Source: Vitrella brassicaformis CCMP3155 (Eukaryota > Protista > Chromerida). From it: DNA of 12,468 nucleotides. Positions within the stretch are counted from its first letter, which is position 1. Each line of letters opens with the position of its first letter. Made by a program: the position numbers and the translations under genes. The stretch lies in the NCBI GenBank assembly GCA_001179505.1, contig CDMY01000895.1, positions 1 through 12,468 of the forward strand, in the 5' to 3' direction. The notes beneath the pieces are model-generated. The model made no database searches. It was given only the letters and a program-made list of their open reading frames with translations, and was not told the DNA's origin. Below are positions 1 through 8,480 of the stretch, in pieces.

Positions 1-281
1 GGGGAGACAAGACCATGGATTTTCTCAAGATGCTCGCCAAACGAAAGCCTCGCCCCACATCCATTCCCATGGAGGAGGACACAGCTTTCCGAGAGAGCAT
101 CGTCAACCACTGGAGCCAGCTCCTGTCCGTCGAGCTGATGAAGCACAACGCGTTTCAAGTGGCGAGTCGTGCGCAGCGCGCGGCGGCCGCCAGAGGGCCA
201 CGGAGGGCCAGCGCGTTTCCGGAGGACTTCGTCAGCCGCGGGCCATACAGGCCCCACACCAGTCCTGCTGCGGGGCTGTAA
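1..281 (+). CDS. 3' portion (partial) of an unknown protein-coding gene entering from the left edge
   Basis: The frame is open from position 3 (GDKT-MDFLKMLAKRK...) to TAA 279-281, with GC3-rich codons. CT|GTAAGG at 278 could instead be a splice donor, which would extend the CDS through an acceptor at 346 or 367 to TGA 429-431. No recognisable domain. Confidence 0.6.
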   Translation, partial: GDKTMDFLKMLAKRKPRPTSIPMEEDTAFRESIVNHWSQLLSVELMKHNAFQVASRAQRAAAARGPRRASAFPEDFVSRGPYRPHTSPAAGL

Positions 282-542
282 GGTGGCTGGCTGGACCTGG
301 GTTCTGAATGTGCGTATCATGTTGCATGTCTCGCGCTTGTTTGCAGTGTGCGACATGTTTTTCGCAGTCAACGAGCGCTGTCCGTTGTTTCTGCATGTAT
401 TGTTTCGCCTCATTTGCTTGATACGAACTGATGCTTAGACGAACTTCGTCGCCCGTTTCATGCATCTACTTAACCATGCATGGCATCCAGTTCTGTCAGT
501 ACAGCACGAGAGAGGAAAACGCACGTTCCCCTCCCTCCCTCC

Positions 543-776
543 CTACTCGACCACACGCAGCACCTCTACATCGTCAGCCAGGTAATCCAGCGACCCGGCA
601 AACAGAGCAGAGCCCGAGTCACTCCTCCTCCTCTCTCCCGTGTAGCCCTCAGAGACATCCCTGCTGGGGATGAACTGAGCGCCACCGCGGGCGGCAGAGT
701 AAAAAAGATGACGCATACCCACAACCATATTGGGCCAGATGTAGGCAAAATCACGATGACCCCCCCCCCCCCCCCC
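543..776 (-). CDS. C-terminal part of a diverged TLDc-domain protein; upstream part lost in the assembly gap
   Basis: Translates ...RDVSEGYTGERRRSDSGSALFAGSLDYLADDVEVLRVVE*. This aligns with the C-terminus of the neighbouring TLDc domain (VPEGYMGVMDEEGDALLGGSQNFIVNEIEVLSVLQ*). Stop TAG at 545-543. Confidence 0.75.
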   Translation of the reverse strand, partial: GGGGGGHRDFAYIWPNMVVGMRHLFYSAARGGAQFIPSRDVSEGYTGERRRSDSGSALFAGSLDYLADDVEVLRVVE

Positions 777-1076
777 NNNNNNNNNNNNNNNNNNNNNNNN
801 NNNNNNNNNNNNNNNNNNNNNNNNNNNNNNNNNNNNNNNNNNNNNNNNNNNNNNNNNNNNNNNNNNNNNNNNNNNNNNNNNNNNNNNNNNNNNNNNNNNN
901 NNNNNNNNNNNNNNNNNNNNNNNNNNNNNNNNNNNNNNNNNNNNNNNNNNNNNNNNNNNNNNNNNNNNNNNNNNNNNNNNNNNNNNNNNNNNNNNNNNNN
1001 NNNNNNNNNNNNNNNNNNNNNNNNNNNNNNNNNNNNNNNNNNNNNNNNNNNNNNNNNNNNNNNNNNNNNNNNNNNN
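777..1076. other. Assembly gap (300 N) flanked by poly-C runs
   Basis: Run of N from 777 to 1076, with C homopolymers at 760-776 and 1077-1084. The true gap size is unknown. Confidence 0.99.
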
Positions 1077-1099
1077 CCCCCCCCTCCCTGCCTCCCTCA

Positions 1100-2525
1100 C
1101 TACTGCAGCACACTCAGCACTTCTATCTCGTTAACGATGAAGTTCTGCGACCCGCCCAACAGAGCATCGCCCTCCTCATCCATCACTCCCATGTAGCCCT
1201 CAGGCACATACTCGCTCCGAGTGTACTGATAGCAGCTGCGGATGTCGGCAGAAGGCGGGCCATCGGAAGTGCCGCTCCAACCCAAAAGGATACCTCCACC
1301 GATCCCCATATTCGCACCAAACGCATTCCACTTCCTCCCCGCCACAGTAACCCCCTGATTCTCTTGTGGTATCTCGATCTTGGTCGGTTCGTCGAAGTGG
1401 CCGGCCAGTGAGAACCACCATATATCACTGCGGTACTCATGGTCGCTGGTCGGGTCGTCGGGCTCCTGAATGCCGGCACTGACGTAGACGCCGAAGACAT
1501 ACTGGTCCTTCTTGATCACAAGGATGAGAGGCTTGGCGTCGCCCACATTGTCCAGCAGGTCGCCATAGGTGGTGCCGTCGACAGACATCCTACACACACA
1601 CACACACACACACACACAGACGGAATCTGCCCATTGACTGTCAGAGGATCCCAGTCTGTCTGTTGCATGATGTGTGTCTACCGGTAGAGCGAGGTGAGTC
1701 GTGTGGTGTCGCCCCCCAGCAGGTAGACCAGCGCCTCATACTCTGACGCAGACAGCGGCGTGCCGCTGGGTGGTGGGAGAGTCGGTACGGGCGGCGGGGG
1801 TACGAAAAGGTGAGGGACCTGTTCAGACCAAAGTCAGCGTTTCGAATGGGTGAACGGGTCGTGTGCATACCTCCAGCACTTCTATCTCTTCAGCAATGAA
1901 CTCAAGCGCCCCGCCCAACGCAGCATCGCCCTCCTCATCCATCACTCCCATGTAGCCCTCACGGACCTGTGGGGTGTACTGATAGCAGTTGCGGATGTCG
2001 GCAGAAGGCGGGCCATCGGAAGTGCCGCTCCAACCCAAAAGGATACCTCCACCGATCCCCATATTCGCACCCAGCACATTCCCCTTCCTCCCCCCCACTC
2101 TCAGACTGCCGCTCTCGTGGTATCTCGATCTTGGTCGGCTGGGGGAAGTGGCCGGCCAGTGAGAAATACCATACATCACACCCGGTCAGTTCGCATTCCT
2201 TGTAGCTTTCGCCAGTGTCGGGTCGTCGGGCTCCTGAATGTCGGCACTGACGTAGACGCCGAAGACATACGGACCACTCCTGATCACTAACACGAGGGGC
2301 TTTGTGTCGCCCACTCGGTCCAGCAGGTCGCCATACGTGGTGCCGTGCATAGACGTCCTACACACACACACACACACACACACACGTACACACATAGACG
2401 AAATCTGTCCATTGCCTGTCTGTTGGCATGATGTGTCTCTACCGGTAGAGTGAGGTAAGTGGTGTGGTGTCATTGCCCCCCAGCAGGGCAAGCAGCGCCT
2501 CATACTCTGACGCAGACAGCGACGT
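1100..2525. repeat. Tandem segmental duplication, period ~750-770 nt (about 1100-1770 vs 1870-2525), including the intron
   Basis: 1221-1318 vs 1974-2071 are identical at 97 of 98 nt. The (AC)n-containing introns 1590-1681 and 2358-2442 share sequence (gacg.aatctg.ccattg, tgtctgttg.catgatgtgt, ctaccggtagag). Confidence 0.95.
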
Positions 2526-2720
2526 GTTGTCAGGAGGGGACACCTGCAGGCCGCGCAAACGGACCTGAACACACGAATCGGCCATTCACACCGAACCATC
2601 GAGTGAGTGGATGGGTCGTGGGGTGTGTGTGTGTATGCTCACCTGTTGTGTGGGTCTTGCCTCCGTGGCGACAGTGGTCGACGCCACACACAGAATCACC
2701 ATCATGAGAACAGTCGCCAT
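1100..2720 (-). CDS. Signal-peptide-bearing protein with two tandem TLDc domains (5 exons; domain 1 frameshifted)
   Basis: Exons 2720-2643 (MATVLMMVILCVASTTVATEARPTQQ, signal-peptide-like), 2564-2443 (...LSASEYEALLALLGGNDTTPLTSLYR), 2357-1871 (TLDc 1), 1818-1682 (VPHLFVPPPPVPTLPPP...LTSLYR) and 1589-1100 (TLDc 2). All four introns are GT-AG with consistent phases (0,2,0,2). TLDc hallmarks: LYRxSxxG, LxxI...VFGxY, terminal GG..F...EIEV. Confidence 0.8.
1871..2357 (-). pseudogene. Disrupted TLDc domain 1 exon (two frameshifts, one in-frame TGA)
   Basis: The frame matches domain 2 up to EPDDP (2219). The conserved CDVWYFSLAGHFPQPTKIEIP block (2180-2106) is in another frame, and the original frame resumes at VGGRK (2098). 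The original frame has TGA at 2188-2186. This could be a real lesion or an assembly error. Confidence 0.6.
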
Positions 2721-3085
2721 CGCGTGAGGGGGAAAGGACGAGAGATGAGGACGGAGAGCCTTGTTTGTTGGGGTGAGTCAGGCCGATTGCCAGCCGATGA
2801 GGTGAGAGGGGGACGAGGGAGCTGACACCAGGATTCGGTGGGGAAGAAAGGGGAGATCTTACTGTCGGCTTGATAGATCTCCCTGTCGAAGAAACGCGAG
2901 TTTCGCTCAGAGATAAAGGAAAGATAAAGGAACATGCAGGAGTCCAAAGCCCAAAACCTGGGGTCTGTGGCACTTTTAATTCAACTGGGCTAGGGTACTG
3001 GACCCCGTTCCTTTCGTTGCGCGCTTTGAGCTCCTGCCGATCGTCCCTCCCCCCCTTGGCCGCCACGTCCCCCGGAGCCGTCAGG

Positions 3086-4117
3086 ATGGTCGCGCGAGTG
3101 GTGCTGCACCTGATCTGCATCGAGATCTGCATCATTGCCGTCGCGCCCCGGTGCCTGGCACAGGTGGCCGCGCCCAACGCCGTCGAGGGCTTCACCCGTG
3201 TGGGCTCCGGCGTGTGTGCGTCTGGCGGCAAGCCACTCGACTTCTACAGCCCCCCTGTGCAGGACGGGGTGGGCACGTCACTCGGATCTGTACGCGAACA
3301 TTGTCAACAGTGACTCACTGTCGCATTGCTTGTGATGCAGATGCCATCTGGATGTGTCCACGGATGTGCAGTCGCCGTGGCTGGCGTCCCTGTGGCTGAA
3401 TGCGTAAGCCAGGTCACTCACTGTATGCACAAGTGCGCCCGCATCTGGCATGTCTCTCCCTCTGTCGCCTTCACTCGTTCATTCGTTCATTCGTGCGTGT
3501 GTCTCTGTGTGTGTGTGATGCTCGATGCAGGCCCGTATGTGCAGCAACCTTACTACTGACCTGGGCGTGTGCGAGGGCATCCAGCACGACACCACCACCG
3601 ACTCGTGCCTCGTCATCCTCAACGAGAAACCCGACGGCACAATGGGCGGAGAGGCCAACGAGTGCTTCAGATTCGTCGATGGATGTGAGCAGACGACACA
3701 CACAGAGGCACCGAGACAGCTGATACAGAGGTGAACGGTTTTCTGCGTGTCTGTGTCCGGTTGTCAGCGTTCGAGAGTGTTGGCACCGGTTCTTGCCGAA
3801 TCGAAAACGAGGAGGGCATCATGATCATCGGGCCCCACTACACCCTCCACGAGTCGCCGGGGACCAACATCACGGCCGAATACTGCTTCGAGTGAGCCAG
3901 CCCGTGACACACCCACATTCACACAACTACCTCACCTCTCTGTGTGCGTGTGTGTGTGTGTAGGTATTGTCTGCGGATGAATGAAGAGGAGGGCGCCATC
4001 AGCACGCAGACGAACCAGCCCTTCTGCACGGGCGTAGAGGTCCGCGACCTGTGCGAGCTGCAGGTGGTCATGGCGCCAACCACCGCCTCGCTCTCCGTCT
4101 GCTATGCCAAAAACTGA
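3086..4117 (+). CDS. Secreted cysteine-rich protein with two PAN/apple-like domains (5 exons, ~220-235 aa)
   Basis: Exon 1 starts at ATG 3086 (MVARVVLHLICIEICIIAVAPRCLA-Q, signal-peptide-like) and ends at 3289 or 3272. Exon 2 runs from 3341 or 3372 to 3403, followed by 3531-3684, 3768-3891 and 3964-4117 (TGA). The two repeats each have a 6-Cys pattern: FTRVGSGVC..EC ARMC..VCEGIQH..SCLV..ECF and FESVGTGSC..YC FEYC..FCTGVEV..LCEL..VCYAKN*. This resembles PAN/apple domains. Confidence 0.75.
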
Positions 4118-4195
4118 CTTGACAGAGCCACATTTCAGTCAGGTCGGTGGGGCAGTGAGCGGCGTTTTATGTGGCTAATTAAGACAGTTCCAGTT

Positions 4196-4405
4196 TTGTG
4201 GGTGCGCGTGTGTCTGTATGTGCCTGTATGTGTCTGTCTTTATGTGTCTGTCTGTATGTGTGTCTGTATGTGTGTGTCTGTATGTGTGTGAGGAGGAGGA
4301 GGTGTGCGTGTGTGCGCGTGTGTCTGTATGTGTCTGTATGTATGCGTCTGTATGTGTCTATATGTGCGCACGTGCGTGTGTGAGTGTTTGTGTGTGTCTG
4401 TCTGT
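4196..4405. repeat. Compound microsatellite (TG)n / TGTA / TGTCTG
   Basis: About 200 nt of alternating TG units interrupted by TA and TC. It produces the spurious CVCV and HTHT ORFs in the track. Confidence 0.9.
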
Positions 4406-5205
4406 GAGGAGTGGCGGAGTGGCGGCGTATCTGAAAGTGTCGTGGGTTGGTGTCGTGCCTTTTGTTGTGTGCGATGGTGCGCTGTGAGGGCATGGTAGTG
4501 CCGCGTGATGTGATTTATGTGGTGTCGCGAAGTCGGTGTGTTGGGCTGGCAAAGGAGTGTATCTTCTCCCTGGCTCTGCTGCGCGCATCGGGCAGCCCTT
4601 GTCTAACAAGCGAGAAATGACACGGTCGGTGCAGCGAGAAATGACACAGAGGGAGAGAAAGGGAGAGTGAGCGGCTGAATGGCTGTTGGCGTAGTGTGCT
4701 GCGGTGTACGTATTGTGCGTGGGGTGGGCCGACGCTCTCTGCGTGCCTGCGCGAGCCCAGAGAGTCCAGGTGGCCGGTTTAGTGGTGTGGTCATGGGCCT
4801 CTAGTTTCGTCCATGGAGAGGTAGACAGACAGGGTCACGTGCCGGCAGAGACAGGTGGCCGGAGCGATCGGCGTGTGGGTGTGGGTTGTGCATCAATCAA
4901 GGCGGGTGAATAACTGACTGAATGAATGAGTGGTAGTGGCGAAATCGTGTTCGTCGTGTTGTCGTTTTGTGAGTGTTCCAGCGTGCGGCAGTGAGGAAAC
5001 CGCATGGGGTGACTGACGATGTGCTGCCCTTTTTGCCCGTCAACAGCGTGTGTGTATGTGTGACTGATTGATGGCTTCCGAACATGAAACGTGTGACTGG
5101 GACACGGCAGGTCACGACCACCCTGTGATAAAACGACCTTCTCGTGTGTCCCTCCATCCCTCTCACGCACACCATCATACACACACAGACACCCGCACGC
5201 AGTAA

Positions 5206-6139
5206 CTAAGTCACTCGCCGGTGAAACACCAAGGACAGCGCCCCCAGTATCACCAGCAGCAAATAGGTGAACATTACCTCAGACCACACGACGCTGAACG
5301 CAGCCAGCAGCTTCCTGCCCTCCTCCCTGCCCACACTGCTGGTCTGCCAACGGGCCAGCAGTATCACGCCGGCCAGCTGCGACTCGCGGATGAATACCGT
5401 GCTCAGAATCAGGAAGCCGAGACCGAGAAACACGAGCCAAGTCGCTAAGTTCCAGCCCAGTGGAAGAATCCACACCAAATAGTGAGCCCAAGCGACGACA
5501 GATACAGCACAGATCAGGTGAGCCAACGCAGCGCGGCGTCTGGCGTCGTTCGAGAGAGGTGAGACCACCCCAAAGGCAGCAGAAAGGCGTGTGAGGAATG
5601 CCACAGAGGCTGGGAAGAAGAGGCAGAAGGTCAGGCAGAGCCAAGCCCAGATGGACAGAGGGATGAGGCCAGTGAGGAAGAGGAAAGGGATCAGGAACCA
5701 CACGTTATGCAGCAACACCGACACGTAGAAACCGATGCTACGGAACTGCATAAACGAAAGCAAAGACACAGAGAGGAAGGAGTCCGATTGGCACCCACCA
5801 CCCCGTGTGCTCCTCTTCACCCGATCTCACCATCTCGATCTCGGGTGGCGCCTCGCGTGCCAGTGCGGCTCGTGTGGCCATGCGCAGTGGTCGTGCCGCA
5901 ACCTCGCGAGGTCGTCGTTCCGCCGTAGGCTGAGAAGCCGGCAAATCTGGCAGCTCCACGGCGGACGCCATGGTGGAAGCACCAGGTGAGGCATCGAATG
6001 GTCGCGACGAAACCGAAACAGGAGAGATCTCGCCCAGCTCGAGGTCCAATCCCACGGGCTTCACGGTCGCATCCTCAGACAGATCACCAGGTAGATCTCC
6101 GATGGGAGTCGAAGGATTGCCAAGCACGCGAACAGCCAT
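5206..6139 (-). CDS. Multi-pass membrane protein of unknown family, paralog A
   Basis: A Ser/Pro-rich exon (6139-5795; the ORF stays open upstream to about 6564) is joined by a 49-nt phase-0 GT-AG intron (5794-5746) to a hydrophobic exon (5745-5206; FRSIGFYVSVLLHNVWFLIP...) with about 5-6 TM-like segments. It is homologous to the gene at 7431-8272. The true start and end exons are uncertain. Confidence 0.75.
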
Positions 6140-6730
6140 GATTGTCCAGACCTCCGAAAGGGAAGCGCACACGGAAGGTTGGTTTCGTCTATCTGCCGCT
6201 CCTCGCTCCGGGGGGTTCACGCCTCTGGCCTTAGAGTCCAGGATTCCATGCTTCGTGAAAGCTAAGTCTAGGGCCCTCCCCCGATCATCCTGCCTCTCCT
6301 GCATCCCGCGTGTGGATGAGCTGCTAGCGGCCTCGCGATTTGCGGCACAGTGGGAGCCGGGGGTGGCCGTTTCGACCAGAGGGTGCGGGGGCATTATCGG
6401 CTGATCATGCTGGGCCGTGAGGCGATGGATTACGAGCACGTGGCGCTCATCCGGTGATGGATTGGGGGTTTCGACGGTCTGTTTGTATCGATACGACCGA
6501 GCCCGCCCCATACGGCAGCACACACACGGCTGTGATGAGAGTTCCCGAGCAGCACCTTGGGCACCTGGTGTGGCGGGGGGAGGATGAGAGGTAAATGGAT
6601 GGCATCAAGATCCGCTAACCCATCTGTACAGATTGTCGATCGTGGTGTTAGCGCAATGGGGGTGTGAGAGAGAGACGTTGTGTCGTTGTTTGCGTGCTGT
6701 GTCGACACATGCTGCGGCGTTTCTGAGTTT

Positions 6731-6743
6731 GATTGGTCACGTG
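6731..6743 (-). promoter_or_regulatory. Possible CCAAT box adjacent to a CACGTG palindrome upstream of paralog A
   Basis: GATTGGTCACGTG at 6731-6743 reads as CACGTG-A-CCAAT on the minus strand, about 110 nt upstream of the candidate ATG at 6623. Motif match only. Confidence 0.2.
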
Positions 6744-6910
6744 TGCATTCCCTGACTGTATGTTGCCGTTGCTCGCGTGTCCACTATTACATCGGATCAA
6801 TCAATCCGCACAAAAGTGATAATGGTCGGTTCAGAAGAGAAGAGTTCATCAGTTTACACACATACCACCGGAAATACGGTGCTGTCTGTCTTAATGAATA
6901 CAGCACCCTC

Positions 6911-7125
6911 CACACACACACACACACGTGAATACACGCATTCACCAGTGCAGACATACATACATACATCCCCGCTCAAATGCGATGCGCCGACCCAAGT
7001 CTGAGCCAGCGAGCACACCACCACACAGAGAGAGAGAGAGAGGGGGGCAGGAATGGGTGTCTCATCCCTCACCCCCGTGTACACCCTATCACTGGACATA
7101 CACATACATACATACATACATACGA
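6911..7125. repeat. Cluster of short microsatellites (AC)n, (TACA)n, (GA)n
   Basis: (AC)n at about 6911-6927, (TACA)n at about 6956-6968 and 7098-7122, (GA)n at about 7027-7042. Confidence 0.8.
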
Positions 7126-7168
7126 TACATGACCCACAAGCAGCCAACCAGCCCATCCCTCGTCTCCG

Positions 7169-7350
7169 CTACACATATGATTGCTCAGCACAGGCTGCCG
7201 ACGGACGGCAGCCACGAGATGGACCCTGTTTCTTTGCTGGTGCGGCCAGGAGAAGCGACAGAACCAGGCGGATTAAGCAGAAGGCCATGGCGAGACCGAA
7301 GAGCCAGAGGAGTGAGTAGGAACTCACAGACAGGGCCATCACACACAGAA
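7169..7350 (-). CDS. Possible additional terminal exon of paralog B (1-2 more TM segments)
   Basis: Open frame ...CVAVPFLCVMALSVSSYSLLWLFGLAMAFCLIRLVLSLLLAAPAKKQG...SYV* lies just downstream of paralog B. I could not find a convincing phase-matched donor/acceptor pair. Confidence 0.35.
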
Positions 7351-7430
7351 AGGGCACAGCGACACACCGCACACACACATACACACATACATATGCACAC
7401 GGATAGTTACTGCACACCCACATGACCGTT

Positions 7431-8272
7431 CTATGTACAATGACACACACCATCCACACACGTACAACAATCCGCTCCAGACGGCTCAGGACCCACTAAG
7501 ACGAATAAATAAATAACGTAAAAGACGCCTTCGATCACCATCAGCGCGACGTGCACAGCGACGATCTCTAGGCACACCCTGCTGAAGGCACCCTCAGGGC
7601 TGTTGAACCGTGCGAGAGGCAGGAGACACAGCACCACGATTATTATAGACACGACGCCGACTATGGCCGCTGGCTCGATTTCCCACGTCCAAAGCAGGAG
7701 GTGGAACCAAGCTGCCACCGCTACACCGAAGATGGCGTGGGGGACCGCAATGCGCAGAGCTTGGAAAGACCCCGGAGAGAGAGCCCACGCAGAGAGCACC
7801 TTGGACAGGCGCCAGACGAACGCTGCAAGGGGTGCGAGGTAAGACAGGGCGGACATGAGTGCCCATGCCCATGCCGTGAGGGACTCAGGAGCGATGAGAT
7901 GGGTCAGGAAGAGGCCAGGGATCATGAACCACAGATGATGGACCAGCACCACCACGTAGAAGTCAATGGAACGGAACTGAACAGGGAAAAGAAGACACAC
8001 AAAGCGAGGAACAGATGCCGTGACACCCGACGTATTTTCCCGTCCGTCTGTCTATCTCTCAGTCTCACCCTATTGATCTTCAGTTGCTCCTCAGGTGGGA
8101 ATGTAGCCACCGCTTCACCCAGTCGTTGTTCTGGCGTCTGGGAAGCCGCAGCTGGCATCTGTCTGGCGGACGCGACAGGGGAGGCGCCAGACGACGCATC
8201 CAGTGTTCCGGAGGTGGACATGGGGGAGATCTCGCCCAGCTCCAGGTCCAGGTCCGTGGGCTCCGCTGCCAT
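7431..8272 (-). CDS. Multi-pass membrane protein of unknown family, paralog B
   Basis: Exon 8272-8027 (MAAEPTDLDLELGEISP..., matching GLDLELGEISP in paralog A) is followed by a 50-nt phase-0 intron (8026-7977) at the same position as in A. Exon 7976 onward reads FRSIDFYVVVLVHHLWFMIP.... The unspliced frame stops at 7431; a donor at TTA|GTGGGT or nearby may extend it. Confidence 0.8.
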
Positions 8273-8480
8273 GATGACTTCTGCAAAACGAGAAAGCTGA
8301 GAAGCTGACAGATGAAGGCGTGATGCGAGAGAAGTAAGAGGTGAGGAGAGGAGGAGAGAGAGGGGGAGAGAGGGGAGGTGAATAATCTATCCGCCCATCC
8401 CTCCCCCCTCTGCTTTCGGGTCCAGGGTTCCTTGATTCCCTGGCCAGATACCCCCAATATCTCCAACCCACCTCTTCTTG

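Noticed and set aside
480-1196. 238-aa, 185-aa and 120-aa ORFs spanning the N run
   Set aside because: Their length is an artefact of translating through Ns. Only the minus-strand 543-776 part shows homology.
2186-2188. In-frame UGA as a selenocysteine codon
   Set aside because: It lies in a frameshifted stretch that does not align to a Cys of the intact copy, and no SECIS could be identified by eye.
1850-2290. 146-aa plus-strand ORF and similar ORFs at 1439-1687 and 1969-2205
   Set aside because: These are antisense shadows of the GC-rich TLDc exons.
2530-3231. 233-aa minus-strand ORF
   Set aside because: It is low-complexity and crosses the PAN gene's first exon in antisense, the intergenic spacer and an intron. 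No motif.
4179-4498. Several Cys/Val- or His/Thr-rich ORFs resembling metallothioneins
   Set aside because: These are translations of the TG microsatellite.
4610-4647. 14-nt direct repeat GCGAGAAATGACAC (two copies, 10-nt spacer)
   Set aside because: Only two copies with a very short spacer. It is not CRISPR-like and has no terminal-repeat context.
4500-5200. Possible extra exons of paralog A (donor CG|GCGAGT at 5218 or CGA|GTGACT at 5214; acceptor at 5123)
   Set aside because: The signals are plausible, but the downstream frames look non-coding and have no counterpart in paralog B. Left unannotated pending RNA data.
5206-8272. Paralogs A and B as one long internally duplicated gene
   Set aside because: The 6700-7130 interval has stops in the relevant frames, microsatellites and promoter-like motifs. 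No exon chain links them.
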